Numbered from the stretch's first letter, positions 14,157 through 27,919 are shown. The stretch: DNA of 64,000 nucleotides from Octopus vulgaris (GCA_951406725.2 OX597815.1:89218001-89282000), one strand, 5' to 3'. Notes: generated from the sequence alone by a model not told the origin. Numbers and translations: made by a program.

Positions 14157-14888
14157 ATATGTATAGTCAGTAGGAAGTCAGTAACTTCATATATTTATGC
14201 GGTTAGTACAAATGACAAAAAGCGAACAATACACGATAAAACATGTTTATTAAAATCGTAAGTTACACACTTCTTTCCAAATGGAAATTTATATGAATTT
14301 CGATAAGCTCATGTTCAACACCCAACTCATGGCTTAACAACTAAAGCTCCTAAGAATGGGAATAAAAATCCTTAAAAGTAAGGAATGGAAGAGATAAACC
14401 GCGGACTGTAACCGAATTATACCAAAATGATACTTGTTACATAAATTGTGAGAAACACAAAACCAACTTGACTAATCTTCAGGTTTTGTTACTCCTACGT
14501 TGCTAACATTGCCGCTTGGAGATGAGCAAATAAGTTATCTCAATGACCAGTCCAAAACGAACAAACGAAATAACAAAATCAAATGACCAATGAAATTATT
14601 AGTTAGTTGGAAGGTCAGCCCAAATACAAATAAGTTGGGTGTGGTTAAGTAGGAAAAATAAATGCTAGGTAGAGGAAAGATGGAGTGGGTAGGATCAGCA
14701 ACAAAAATTTATTACTCAATAATGTCAAAGGGATAGTGAGCGACAGAGAACTAACAGCATGAAGGTTTTAGGTAGGCATGCATGTATGTGTGTATATATA
14801 TCTATGTGTATAGTTCATGGGTGAGATCCAAATGTTCTCCGTTTAGAATACACTTTGCATTGCTCAAGAGATTCAAACTTGAGCCGGT

Positions 14889-15158
14889 ATACAAGTAAAT
14901 GTAGAGAAAGCAAGATAGACAGGTCAATATATATATATATATATAGTATATTAAATACATGAAATACAGAACTGTATGTAATTATGCATACAGAAAGGTG
15001 CGACTATGTAAGAAAAGAATTGCTCTATATCATTTCTTTTCTGTATAAGTCGAACCTTTTTATATGTATACACATATATACATTTTTGCATTTCATGTAT
15101 TTAATATACATTATATATTCATCTTTCTAACTTGCTTTCCCTATATTTACTTCTGTAT
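14889..15158. repeat. imperfect ~130-bp-arm foldback (MITE-like or inverted pLTR)
   Basis: AAGTAAATGTAGAGAAAGCAAG..GTATATTAAATACATGAAAT..AAAGGTGCGACT..AGAAAAGAA is mirrored by TTCTTTTCT..AGTCGAACCTTT..ATTTCATGTATTTAATATAC..CTTGCTTTCCCTATATTTACTT. Confidence 0.85.
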
Positions 15159-15695
15159 TAATGTGTATGTACACGGTTCGTGATTTTATTAATTTTCATA
15201 TTAAATGTTACGTGTCTTTGCATTCTGCGTACAACCCACTCTCTCACCATCCCTGAGGTCATCTAAGCCTTTCGTGATTTTTTCTGGCTAATGAACCTAT
15301 GTACTTGCCTTGCAAATTTAATGGACAATAAACATTTCACAAATTGTTTAGGTCTTATACACTGAACAAGCTTACATATTTGTCTACTAATCCCAGCATT
15401 TGCATCGCTAGACTAGACACTTTATTTTTGATGTTTTTTTCTGCTTTATTCTTACTTTATATTGAAGCTTGAATCATAAAATTCGCTACATTTGTGATTT
15501 TATCCATACACTAAGATCAATTTATCCAGCGATTTCTCGGGGCATATCTAAGGTTTGATGTGTCTTAGTACCATTAGTATTGGACTCACGCTGAAGGTAC
15601 GTTTACTGAAAAATAATGGGAGTAAAATCTTAGTTCGTTCTTAATCATTTGTATATATTTATATATGTGTGTGTGTGTGTGTGTACGTACATATG

Positions 15696-15758
<63 letters not shown>

Positions 15759-16100
15759 GGCACTATTACACATAGATGCCACACGCTAAGAGGGACAAAA
15801 AGTCATTTCTACCAAAAATTTTACTAATCCCACCGAATGCAATCTTTCAAAGCAAGACATTTAAAAAATATAGACTTGTATCACCTGTGATTTCGTACTT
15901 CTGTACACTTCAGTAAGCCTGGACGTATCATAAATAAACGGCCCTGTCTCGTCGAAGCCAAGCAACCAACTGTTCAACGTCAACGAAGCACATGGGGTTT
16001 ACATATATTACATCCGGTAAATGGCAGGCTTCTTCGAATTGCATTTCGGATAGGAAAAGTTTTTTCGGAATAAAGTTCATAAAGTTTAATTGCTAAATTG

Positions 16101-16165
<65 letters not shown>

Positions 16166-16228
16166 CTTATACACACACGCACACATGCACACACACACAC
16201 ATATGAATGTACATATGTATATATATAT

Positions 16229-16837
16229 AATAGAAATATTAAAATAACTAAGTCTCTCTAAAAGAGAACAGCGGCAGCGTTCCCGGAAAATAATAGTTAT
16301 CGCCATACTAATATGGCATTCTTATAAAAATAAGAAAAAAGCTGTCCGCTTATTAGCTCCATGAGGCCATCGCCTTAAGTTAGCTATTTGATACACAAAC
16401 TGTATCCATATAACCTTCGAACAAGGGAGGTCAGTCGCTCCACACTACTTGACCGGCAGCTACAGACGCGTTTCGGAGTATTGCCCCTTTTCAATGCAGC
16501 GTAGCCAGCCAGTAGGTGTCGCTTCCGACAATCTCTGTTCGATGGTTTTATTTACCTAGTTTCGGTGGAATACATCCACTTGTTTTCAATAATAGAAATA
16601 TTAAAATAACTAAGTCTCTCTAAAAGAGAACAGCGGCAGCGTTCCCTGAAAATAATAGTTATCGCCATACTAATATGGCATTCTTATAAAAATAAGAAAA
16701 AAAGCTGTCCGCTTATTAGCTCCATGAGGCCATCGCCTTAAGTTAGCTAACTTAAGGCGATGGCCTCATGGAGCTAATAAGCGGACAGCTTTTTTCTTAT
16801 TTTTATAAGAATGCCATATTAGTATGGCGATAACTAT

Positions 16838-16843
<6 letters not shown>
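16229..16843 (-). mobile_element. HHR-bearing ~361-nt unit, partial tandem plus terminal foldback, embedded in (TA)n
   Basis: 16229-16385 is repeated nearly identically at ~16590-16749. 16649-16843 is a spacer-less palindrome centred on TTAG|CTAA (16746/16747). Confidence 0.85.
16459..16500 (-). ncRNA. minimal hammerhead-like motif, degenerate core
   Basis: Minus strand: GCTGCA-TTGAAAA-GGGG-CAATA-CTCC-GAAAC-GC-GTC-TGTAGC. Stem I pairs and stem III is the ACGCGT palindrome, but the core departs from CUGANGA. Confidence 0.6.
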
Positions 16844-16887
<44 letters not shown>

Positions 16888-16944
16888 ATGTTAGTCTATA
16901 TATATATATGTATATGTGTATATTTATCTCATCTATCTACCTAC

Positions 16945-17011
<67 letters not shown>

Positions 17012-17412
17012 CACACATGAAAAAGTTCGCTATTTTGTAACAATTTCCGATTTCAACTTCTCTCAAACCAGATTTATATCGGCTTAAGGTCATATCATTG
17101 AGCTTGTAGAAGAAAAAGCGTACTGTTGAATCCAGGTTGTAATTTGTGATTTAAAACTTTTCCATAATTTTAACATATTAACTCACATCAAGTCCATATC
17201 ATCTTCTTGTTCATTCCAATGGAACTGATGGAGAAAATATTCGAATATATAAGTCATTTATATTCTGAAAGAGGAAAGTCCAAAGAGAAAGAACGAAAAA
17301 TAAGGAAACATTGCCAACAACTTACATGCGGTTACGTTTCCGAAATATATATATATGTATATAAATTCTTACATTTATGATTATACAGGCATATATAACT
17401 ATACATTTGTGC

Positions 17413-17462
<50 letters not shown>

Positions 17463-17468
<6 letters not shown>

Positions 17469-18046
17469 AGAATTCACAAAAAAAAACAATAAAAGACGAA
17501 GACAGGTGGTGTAGACAATAAACAGATGTATTAGTATGACGCTCGGGAATAAAAAAAAGGTCTTTATCGTTTCGAGCCTACGTTCTTCCACAGAAAGGAA
17601 CACAGAAAGGAACAAGGAGAAAGAAAATCTGAGTAGTGGCTAAGGTATAGTTTTACGTAAAGTTCATAAAGTTTAAAGGCTTCGAACGTCGTGGTGTATT
17701 GGAGCGATTTTTTATCAACAGAAGATTCCAGAGTAATCCATAGACAGGAGAGGTGCAGCCGGAGTGTAGAAAGTCCAAAAGAGAATCCGTAAAGGGTAGA
17801 AGGTCCAGTGGAGTAGTTCGTGGGTGATGAGAGGAGACAGGATCAACTGGGGCGAGCACGTGAGCGTGTGATATATGGGGAGAATTCACAAAAGAAAGAA
17901 AAAAAAGACGAAGATAGGTGGTATATAAAACAAACAGATGTATTAGTATAACGCTCAGGAATTGAAAAAAGTCTTTAACGATTCTAGCCTACGCTCTTCC
18001 GCAGAAAGGATCATGGAAAGAAACAAGGGGAGAAAACAGGAGAGAA
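17463..18046 (-). mobile_element. tandem HHR-bearing element, ~411-nt period
   Basis: GGGAGAATTCACAAAA..AAAAGACGAAGA.AGGTGGT..AACAGATGTATTAGTAT.ACGCTC.GGAA occurs at 17464 and 17878. HHR-like motifs at 17562-17597 and 17973-18008. Flanked by (TA)n. Confidence 0.8.
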
Positions 18047-19920
18047 ATATATATATATATACTTATTCTTTTAATTGTTCCAGGCATTTGACGTACAAGT
18101 GGAGCACAGAGGTTTGAAACGATTGTTCCTTAAGTAGGATCGAGTTTCACTTACTGCAGAAACCCTGTAGGGTTTGAGAAGCAATGTGTGCGGATGATTT
18201 GTCCTCTCGATTACTGGGTTCGTCAACCATCTAAAGACACACGCGTCGGGGAGAAATAAAGCTGCTTGGGAGATGATCGTGCTGATGCTCGTACCACGGT
18301 AGATTCGTACTGAAAAGGAAAGGAAATGTCACATCTGAGAACGTTCCAGAAGAACGAAAACTGTCCTGAAAACCCATCTGTACGCATATTATAGTACAAT
18401 ATTTAGCAAAGTCATAGCATTTCGATTCCGTGCTAGTTCAGGATTAGCAGGCCCGGAAGTAGCACGGGACCCAATCAAACTTTTTTAAATAATAGATATA
18501 ACTCCTTAAATGTCTTGACTTCACTTTTCTTTCGTTTGTTCACTCTCTAGTGTGCATATATATATATATATATATAATATGTATATGTGTCCCCCACCGT
18601 GTGTGTATGTGTATGTGTGTGTGTGTATTATATATGATATATACAAATGAAAATTGATCTATGTATGTGTGCAAATGCGTAAATGAATAGGGAAACTTGA
18701 AAGAGTGATAAACTAATTAATGTTGATTACCTCTTTCATTATATAAGGAATACTAACGTGTAATTCGATAATGGATTTTTCTGAAAGCTATAGCATCCCG
18801 CTATCCAGTATCATATTGATGTTCTCTTTTTCATAAATCATTCTTAAAGCCAATACATCTAATATGTATCTATTTTGAAGATTTAAAATTCCCACTGACT
18901 GATAAAATATATAGCGCAAGATGTCTAATTTTATTAAATGCTTTCGAAGGTTGTAATTTAGAGATTATACACTTTCTGAAGTTTTCATTTGAATCATTCA
19001 AAAATGAACGAAGAATCGCGAAGAAAGAGTGAAAGAAAGCATAGTGTCGTTTTTGAAATTAGTTAAAAAGAAATGATACTGTTGTGCGCCTTTGATATTG
19101 AAATATCACAACAGATTATTGTCTCGATGGACATCTTTGTTTCCTTTCTTGAAAGGTAATTACTGTTCAAACGTTATGTCTTAATTAAGTTTCGACGTCT
19201 TCAAACAGTCTCTAGGTCAAAAAGAGTTTGCGTTAGTAAAGCATAGCATACTAGATTAATTAGGAAAGGAAAGAAAACAAAGATTCGAACGTTACATTAT
19301 GATACCAGGGAGTGCAATCAGAACATTCTCTCCTTTTGAAGAGAAATATTTAAATGCGATCAATATTATATAGTAGGAGGGAAATAGCATCGATACCGTA
19401 AGAAAATTAATGAAATAAATCTTTTCTTTACAATGTGTACCAAATGTCCTTTTAGTTGCAAAGTCATTGGGCGAGTTGATCTATTATGAATTACAAAATG
19501 GTTTCTATTTGCGTTTCATCAGGTTCATTCTAACATCAAATTTGTCCTAAGAGAGATATCACAGATCTTTATCTAAGATGCGAAGCCCATTTGAAATAGA
19601 CTTTTATTTTTCTCAGTTTTCTTTCATCGTAGTGAGACTGCATGTACAATCATCTGTTACACAGTTCTCGCAGACAGGCAAATAGCATTGGTTGTATTAT
19701 TCAACTGGTTGCGACAAGGCTGTCGTATAAAAGTAACACTATACATAATTAGAAAAGAAAGAAAGGAGTTTTAAATTATCTTAATAACATTTAATATTCA
19801 ATATAGGTATTCATCAAAGCGTAACATCTTGAAGTCTAACACGCCACCATACTTATATATCAGTAGAATTAGAAATCTGCAGACAAGTAGTAACACAATT
19901 ACGTGCATTCAAAAAACACC

Positions 19921-20022
<102 letters not shown>

Positions 20023-21169
20023 GAGGTAGTCAGAATTTTTGATCATGCTTTATTAGCGCTTTGGTTTCATTCGTCGAGACTGCTCAGGTTTGCGTTTAAC
20101 AGAAAATTTCTTTGGAAGACGATGTTTTATGGTTTGTCTTATCTATGTGTGTCTACACAGAAAAAAAAGTGAGAAAAGAAGGAAAAAAGAAGAAGAGAAA
20201 AGAATAGAGGAATATAGAAAGGACAGGAAATAAAGAGAAAAGAAAAAGAATGAAGAAAAAGCAAAGAGAGAAAAGGGATGTTTTTTCATTTTTCTGTGAG
20301 AAGGCTTATAGTGTTATATTTGGGGATTGTCTATTGTCAGTAGTTTTACTGCTGGTTGATCTTAATGACGTTTCAAGATGTCAATTTGGTTTTTGAAGAA
20401 AAGAAGAAAGACAGAAATAAAGAGGTAGGCAGAGAAAAAAGACAGAGAGAAAGAGAAAGAAAGAAAGACAGGAGCAAAGGAGCTTTTTTAAACTGTAATG
20501 TGCCCATGTGGCCAGCCTGCTGATATCGGCATGTATTACAGCAGTTGAACACATCAATATCACGCACGAAAAAGTACGAAACTATGGTGGTCGAGAAGCA
20601 ATTATGAAGTTAGAAATTTTACTCTTTCAAACAAACGAACTGTGAAGAATTAATTCGAAAATGTAACTTAATAAACAGGCTAAAACTAAAAACAAGTTTG
20701 TGCTTTGAATAAATTGTACGTATGTTTATAATACATACAACTACATGGCTACATTTGTATAATGTATATGAATGTGTGGGTATATAGAAACTTAAACACA
20801 CTTCAGACTTGCATATTAGCATGTATTTCACAATAAAGATATTTTTCTGAATCAACTTTGAGTATATAAATGATGCAAGTCAGATATTTTAATAAGTTTG
20901 ACAAATGAGGTGCTTTATATCTGAACCTTTTCAAGTTCTGAAATAATGAAGTATATCAATAGAGTTACTAACGACGGAATATGTAAAACGTCGCATAATA
21001 TAGCTTGATACCTGTTGGTATAATATTTCAGTCGAAGAAAAAAATTAGTTCCGGTCTGCTATTCGGTTTTCAATTTACCAAAGAAGGTAAACATTTCTAT
21101 CTATTTTCTTTATAAACTTCAAAACAAAATTTGAGCGACAGGCAACTAATGATTATTATGTCTTGTATT

Positions 21170-21330
21170 TATTATCATCATCTTCATCACCTTCATCACC
21201 TTCATCATACGCATCAACATCATCATCATCGTCATCGTTTTCTTCTTCTTCTTCTTCTTCTTCTTCTTCTTCTTCTTCTTCTTCTTCTTCTTCTTCTTCT
21301 TCTTCTCTTCCTCCTCCTCCTTCTCTTCTC
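21170..21330. repeat. (CAT)n/(TTC)n trinucleotide tract
   Basis: Directly visible; abuts a LINE 3' end. Confidence 0.95.
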
Positions 21331-21965
21331 TTTATCACAAACTTTGTTGGAGCTCCTGCAGTCTTGCATATGTTGCGGGCTTACTACATACAGCCCACGG
21401 TACCATGCCATTCGTCCTTCTGATTATTCTGGCCGTGCCAAGGAGGCAAACATTTGGGCACTTCATTCCAATTTCCTTCATATTCCCAAGCACCCAACAA
21501 TAACTGGCACTATCTTCACCTTCTTCATTTTCCATAGCCGGGCGATTTCGTACATAAGAAGGTTGTATTTATCTATCTTTTTGTCTTCCTTCTTGACTAT
21601 TAGTGGATCAAAGGAGCATACAACATCAAATATATAGCATATGTGGTGCAGCTTCTCCACCAACATTAGGTCCGGTCTGTTATGATCTAGCACCTGACCT
21701 GTTTGGACTGGGAAATCTCAGAGGATTTTGCTGGTCTCCGACTCTGCCACTCTATGCGGTCTGTGCTCTCTCTAAACCCCACTTTTCGCACAGTTCCCAA
21801 CGTAGCACATTCGATACTTGGTTATGTCGCCACAACTTGTAGTGGTTTTCATTCGTGATATGGGCAATGGCTTCATCCACTCTATTGCAAATGCGACACA
21901 GCGGAGATATTTGCTCATTCCTAAAGTTGCCCCTCCAGTACGTGGCTAAATCTTTATCCTTCGCT
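21331..21965 (-). mobile_element. 3' end of R4/Dong-type RLE non-LTR retrotransposon
   Basis: CRICNRVDEAIAHI (zinc finger), HNRPDLMLVEK..IFDVVCSFD..KIDKY..LWKMKKVKIVPVIVGCLG, LLGTARIIRR. Confidence 0.9.
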
Positions 21966-21990
21966 GACTATATTTAATATCATTATAATA

Positions 21991-22029
<39 letters not shown>

Positions 22030-23320
22030 GTCTTCGCACAGCTTCTAACGCTGGAGATGTACTACACTGTCAGTTGTTTACTACCAGTGAACTAAGGTAA
22101 CACCCCATTTTTTTTTCGAGCGGTTCCAAGCAGTGCTGTTTTCTGCAAGTGCTCTACCCTTATTGCAGTACATTTTGTTCCATATACTTCTCAAAATTTT
22201 TTACTCACTGTTCCCAGGGCTCCGACGATTATTGGAACTACTACCACCTTTTTCATCGATCATAACTGCTTTACCTCCCATATAGATAGCCATATCTCTC
22301 AACTTTTATTTCTTCCTTATCGCATACTTTGTTGTCAGCTGGGCATGCTATATCTATGATCCAACTTAGTTTGCTTTCTTTCTCAATTAAGACTGTGTCT
22401 GGCTTCCTATTCTCTATCTCATGGTCGCACTGAATCATAAAATCATGGTAATATGCCAATAAGTCCTCTTTTCCCTCTTTTTCTTGTTATATACAATCTG
22501 TCTGTGTCACTTTTCTGGTGTGGAGGCACATGGCCAAGTGATTAGAGCAGCAGACTCGCGGTCGAGGGATCGCGGGTTCGAATCTGAGACCGAGCGATGT
22601 GAGTGCTTATGAGCGAAACACCTAAGCTTCACGCGGCTCCGGCACAACTTTCTGCCACTCTTTCCTCCTGCATCAAGCAGCTCCTCTGCGACGGATCGGC
22701 GTCCTGTCCAGGTGGGGAACCTTTACGCCAAGGAAACCGGGAAACCGACCCTTATGAGCCAGGCCTGGGTCGAGAAGGAACAAACAAAAAAAAAACTAAA
22801 ACTTTTCTGGTGGTGTGTCCCATATCTAGTTAGCAACTTCCTTGTCTTTCTGTCTAAGCTGTTTAGTTCGTCTGTTGCCCATGCGATTACCCCTGCTCCG
22901 TATCTAAGGAGTGAAACCGCCCAGGTGTTAATAGCTTCAATCTTATTCCGTACGTTTAATTTCGACTTAAGGATCAGTCTCAGTTTGCGCAAGTACTACA
23001 CCCTAAATTTTTTTGGCTAAGTTACTTTTCCTCCTCTAATACATTTTTGTCTATGAGGACTTGATCCTAGGTACCTCTGCACTTACGCTTGTGACCCTTC
23101 TGCTCATGTGGCAGGACTCCATTTTTTGTCCAGATGTTCGTGCATTGACACTGTGAGTATTCCAGTCAAAAAATTCCACATAAGTGTTAAACAGGATATC
23201 GGCCTGCAATTGTCTACCGTATTGCCTTTTCCGATGTTTTTCAAGCACAGTACTGTCCTACGCAATGTCAACCACTCTGGTGTTACTTGTTGCATGCCTC
23301 TCCTGATTTCTCCAGATGCC
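22030..23320 (-). mobile_element. internally deleted R4/Dong-type LINE with (TAA)n tail, interrupted by a SINE
   Basis: Motifs in order: [13 protein letters not shown] (RT start), ILKSKLN..AINTWAV..LDRKTRKLLT..HQKSDTDRLY..GKRGL, then RKPD..IIDIACPAD (RLE), 3' UTR and (TAA)n at ~21985-22029. Confidence 0.9.
22521..22800 (+). mobile_element. tRNA-derived SINE, family B, with 12-bp TSD
   Basis: A-box TGGCCAAGTG, B-box GGTTCGAATC and A-rich tail. ACTTTTCTGGTG is duplicated at 22509-22520 and 22801-22812. Confidence 0.92.
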
Positions 23321-23540
<220 letters not shown>

Positions 23541-23866
23541 ATTCAGTAGTTTTATTTTTATAACGTGCTTTCACTTCACTACCAGGTCTTTGTATTTTGA
23601 AAGTTTCTCCATTTCTTTTAGAGACACGTTGTCATCTGCTGGTATTGATACATCAATTAGAAAGCATTTTTTTTTCTTCATGATCTCTGACAACTATATC
23701 TGGTCTGTTGGCCTTAATTTCTCTATCTGTGTGTATCGGCATATCCCAGAGTATGGTTGCTTTCTCGTTTTCTGTGACCTTTTCTGGTGTGTGCCTATAC
23801 CATCTTTTTTCTGTTGTTATTCCATAATGTTGGCATAGCTTCCAATGTATGTAGGTTCCAACTCTG

Positions 23867-23868
<2 letters not shown>
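23541..23868 (-). mobile_element. RLE-domain fragment of R4/Dong-type LINE
   Basis: Hand translation DRVGTYIHWKLCQHY..WYRHTPEKV..ILWDMPIHTDREIKANRPDIVV..LIDVSIP..EKLSKYKDL, then a jump to a 3' UTR-like segment. Confidence 0.9.
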
Positions 23869-23957
<89 letters not shown>

Positions 23958-23977
23958 TATCATTATCATTATTATTA

Positions 23978-24061
<84 letters not shown>

Positions 24062-24063
24062 TT
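23869..24063. repeat. (TTA)n/(TCA)n tract
   Basis: Directly visible; corresponds to the (TAA)n tail of the adjacent LINE. Confidence 0.95.
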
Positions 24064-25000
24064 GCCTTTGCACAGCTTCTAACGCTGGGGATGTACTACG
24101 CTGTCAGCTGTTCACTACCAGTGAACTAAGGTAAATCCCATATTTTCGAGCACCTTCCTCACAAGTCTTGTGAGAATCAACCCTTCCGTTTCTACTTTTA
24201 GTCAAGAGCATTTGCACCATTGTTTGCTTTCACTTAGGATTACTTCTTTGTCAAGATTTTCAGGCTACTGACAATGCCATGGAGTGATTTTCCTGTCCAT
24301 TTCTTCTTTAGTATGTTTTATAGTGTGTTTTCATGTTATTTTTCGTCTTTTGATAATGTGTGTCGTGTTGTCATACATGTGAATTCGACGATTCAGTGTA
24401 TTTGCTTCTGATTTGTATTATTATCGTCTCCGTGCGTATAAAGAAAAGCGTTTTCTTTTTTTCGTGTTATTTCATTATATGTAGCAGTCGTCCAATTTTG
24501 CTGCTATGTATTTTTCTAGTCCAACTATTGTTATTTTATAATAGTTCTCTATCTGTCGGGCCGCGACCTCCTTGTAAGTAGGGTAGATATATTCTATTTG
24601 TGTTGGCTTTTGGGTGGTGTCGCTTGTACGCTGTTAATAATTTCCTGGATTTTCTACCTAAGTTTCTCAATTCTCTATTGTTTACGGTATTGTTCACTTA
24701 TTTAATACGAGCTGTTTTGAGATTCAAGCAAAGAACTCGCGAAATAGCAAGCTGGACGTTTTCTATTTGTGTGATTTTTGATTAGCAATGATATATTGTA
24801 TGAGAATGAGACCCGAATGTGAAAACTAGGACTCTGTTGAATTTGTAATATTTCAATTTTGAGCAAGGTTTAAGAAAATCAGGTGTTTTTAAGATGTCAA
24901 TGTCTGTATTACAATGTGGGCAATAACGTTTTGTATTTCTGATATCTTGCGATTCTTGGTATGTGGTCGTAATGTTTAAGAGTGTTATTTGCTATTGTGT
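24064..25000 (-). mobile_element. old R4-type LINE fragment fused to the 3' end of the 22030 family
   Basis: 24064-24160 matches 22030-22110. Upstream hand translation: RKSRKLLTAYKRHHPKA..GGRG and KKWTGKSLHG..LKVETEGLI. Confidence 0.75.
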
Positions 25001-25039
25001 TAGAAACTCAGATGTTTACAGATACAATTGTTATTAATA

Positions 25040-27290
25040 GATGACACATTTTTGAGGCCACTATTTCAAAATGCTTATATTTTCTTAAATTCTCAAATGT
25101 TTTTAAAGAAGTGTTGCACTATGCTGCGGTGGACAAATCTACGAGTAGATATATTTTGTCGATGCAATATTTTACCACAATATCTGGTAGTACTATATAG
25201 CATGATCGGCCAGTTTAAAAACTAAAGTTCGAAAGCTCGGTGATAGCTTTATATTCTGCTGCATTGGCAGGCTTTTGTTCCTACAAGTCCTTTGCAGATG
25301 AGAGTACAGATTTTCGGTATATGATCGAGTACAAATCTTGGCGATTAATATATTCGTTCCGAGCAAGTACAGAGCCTTCAAAAACGGTCGATTGTTTCCA
25401 AGGCTGCACCAGAAAAGTGGTGGGTAGGATCACCACCATTGCTTGGTAGTTTCTGGTGGGTGAGACACTGATACTAAACTACTATAATAAAACCCTCTGC
25501 TTCTGATTTAAATCCAGATGCAGTCATTTGATGATGGGCCTTATTTGTATTTACTTCAAGATTTTATGGCCCTTCTAGAATATTTGCTGTACAGTGCCTT
25601 AATTTTCCATGTTTTTCGCAGCACTGAGATTCTTTTTGATTTGGTTTGTGTATTTATTTTGATATCGCAATGGGTTTTTCTATTTCATCTTCCTGCACTT
25701 CAGTCGCGTCGATCTTTAATTCCAGAACGTAATACATTTTGTTTTAACTTTCGTATTTTGCACACAAGTTTAAGCATCCAGTCACTGGTGTTCTTCATTT
25801 GATGATGTATAAGGTGCATTGGGAGGAGGTTGCGTATTTTTGTAACAATTTTACTGATCTCACTGCGGGACCGTTTTATGAATTTAAAACTGAAAGTTAC
25901 AACAAATATAGCTAAACTATTGAATATATCATTTCTCTTTCTCTCATTATGTTCGAGTTTTAGGATAGCGTTGATCTACATTGACATTCCATATTTTTTC
26001 AGGCATTTGTGAGTGTTAGATGCCATCAAATTTACCTTCACCAAAATATTAAAAATTTTGTTTGGGATTTCATTTGTTGACGTTGCTGGACTTGTTTGTC
26101 TGTATGTTTTCATTTTGAGGAGTCTCCCTTTTATCAAGACCGAAATCCATTCCAGTACCGTTACTGAACCGTTTCATCACAGTTAAAAGATGTTCCAGTT
26201 GTTAACCATCTTTTGTGGAAAGCTTTAGGGCATTCATGTAAAGAAGGCCATTGATTTGTCTATCATATATCCTGTAACCATGTTTTGTATCATACACAGC
26301 TTATTTAGAGAAATGAGAGCCACACAAAAGTGTAGTGGTGATAGACAATCACCCTGAAAAATACTGCAGTTTTATATCGATGTGGCCATCGTTCATAGTA
26401 CTTGTCTCTGAATTCAGTATGAGTGTCATTTCCCATCGACAGACAATTATGAATCATTGGAGATTTTATATATTTTCAAGCTTTTCTCTTCCAGCGAAGG
26501 GGAAAGCTGTCAAGCACTTTTTTTGCAATCAACCACGTATCAGTCCTCAAGAACCGTTTACTCCATTTACCAGCCAAGAATAGATAGATTTTCTCTGGAG
26601 TCGTGCATAATACTATCGTAGAGTCTCCTTTGAGATTCTTGGAAAGCATTCAGCCAGAAGTTAAGAATTTTATCTTTCTCTGGTGATTATCATTTTCTTA
26701 TTTTTGTTCGTCTTTTCTCGAAAGTATGACACTAATTCATTATATTGGTAAACATCTACTGCATCTGCCACCTCATAATTCACTGTGAAAGTTATACTTC
26801 TATACCACTTACGAGCTACTTGCTTGTTTTCTGATTTGGTTTGGAGCACATTCACACATGAGAAACGGATAATTCTTGTTCTAAAAATTAGGTCGGGTAT
26901 TCACATTTATTGCTCCTTTTGTGGATGGGACTAACACTTTTTTTCAGTCCAGTTATTTACTTTAGAAAAATGGCGGTTACTGGTGGTTGATATAGGATTA
27001 CAAATCTTTCGACAATGCAAACCCGGGGAAAGTAAGACAACTACTGTAATGGAAATTTCAGTTTTACAGTAAAATGAATTTGAGGATATAACATATATTT
27101 GCAACTGTTTCAATCTGATTAGATACTCCTATGCTTACGAGAAATTCACCGGCTTTTGTTGCTGGGGATAGATGATTAGAAGTAAGCTGTGATGTTACTC
27201 TGGCGTGCATTTAACAATCAAATAATTTTGTTTTGAACATTCAGGTTATGCAAAGTGTGTCTTGAATAAAATCTAAAGACAAAAGAATTT
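25040..27290 (-). mobile_element. heavily decayed R4/Dong-type LINE (RT to RLE)
   Basis: IFQGDCLSPLHFCVAL (~26315-26365), INGLLYMNALKL..GMDFGLDK (YMDD region), FKSEAEGFI..PTRNYQ, PDIVVK..LLVDLS. The upstream limit is uncertain. Confidence 0.8.
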
Positions 27291-27919
27291 ATCGTCATGA
27301 CGTTACGAAGTACTCTCTGAAGCACACCAATTATTTTATAAAGATGAATATATTTACTAAATGAATATTAATAGTATACAATAAATGCTACTTCAGCAAA
27401 CCAATATTTAAAATATAAAGGACGTTTTTATGCATTTCATAATCAAAATATATCTGTAGCGTTCACAAAGTCTTGTAACTTATTAAATTATGTAGTAGCA
27501 TATATGAAGATATATTTGTTTTATAAAGATAAAAGCAAGCTTATCGAAAAGTTCAACAGACACACTCACACATACTCACACATATATTCAACCTGATACT
27601 AACACACTCTCATGCATATATGCATACGCACATACATATATGTAAATATTATGCCTACAAGCATATATGCATACACGATATAGGCATATATTTGAGAAAC
27701 GTTTTGCATGGTACAGAGTTAGATAAAGTTATATAACTTTTGAGATATTATTAGCTTTAGGAATATGCAATGATATTTATGGTAAATATATTTAAATATT
27801 AAGAGGAATTTGCAATACCGTGACAACGTGCATGTCACCATATATCAATTTCTCTTTATATTACCTATATCTAGAATTATGTAAATTTGTATGTATCTTT
27901 CTCTGTCTATTCCTGAAAC

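Noticed and set aside
16229-16843. Repeat-spacer-repeat as CRISPR array or LTR retrotransposon
   Set aside because: Repeats are ~160 bp, only two copies, with no TG..CA ends, PBS or cas genes; eukaryotic context.
18100-18480. GC-richer block with AATAAA, possible solo LTR
   Set aside because: No defined termini, TSD or second copy in the window.
22521-22600. tRNA-like sequences (also 54702, 61216, and 50250-50290 on minus)
   Set aside because: A/B boxes are present, but there is no complete cloverleaf and they continue into repeat bodies: SINE heads, not tRNA genes.
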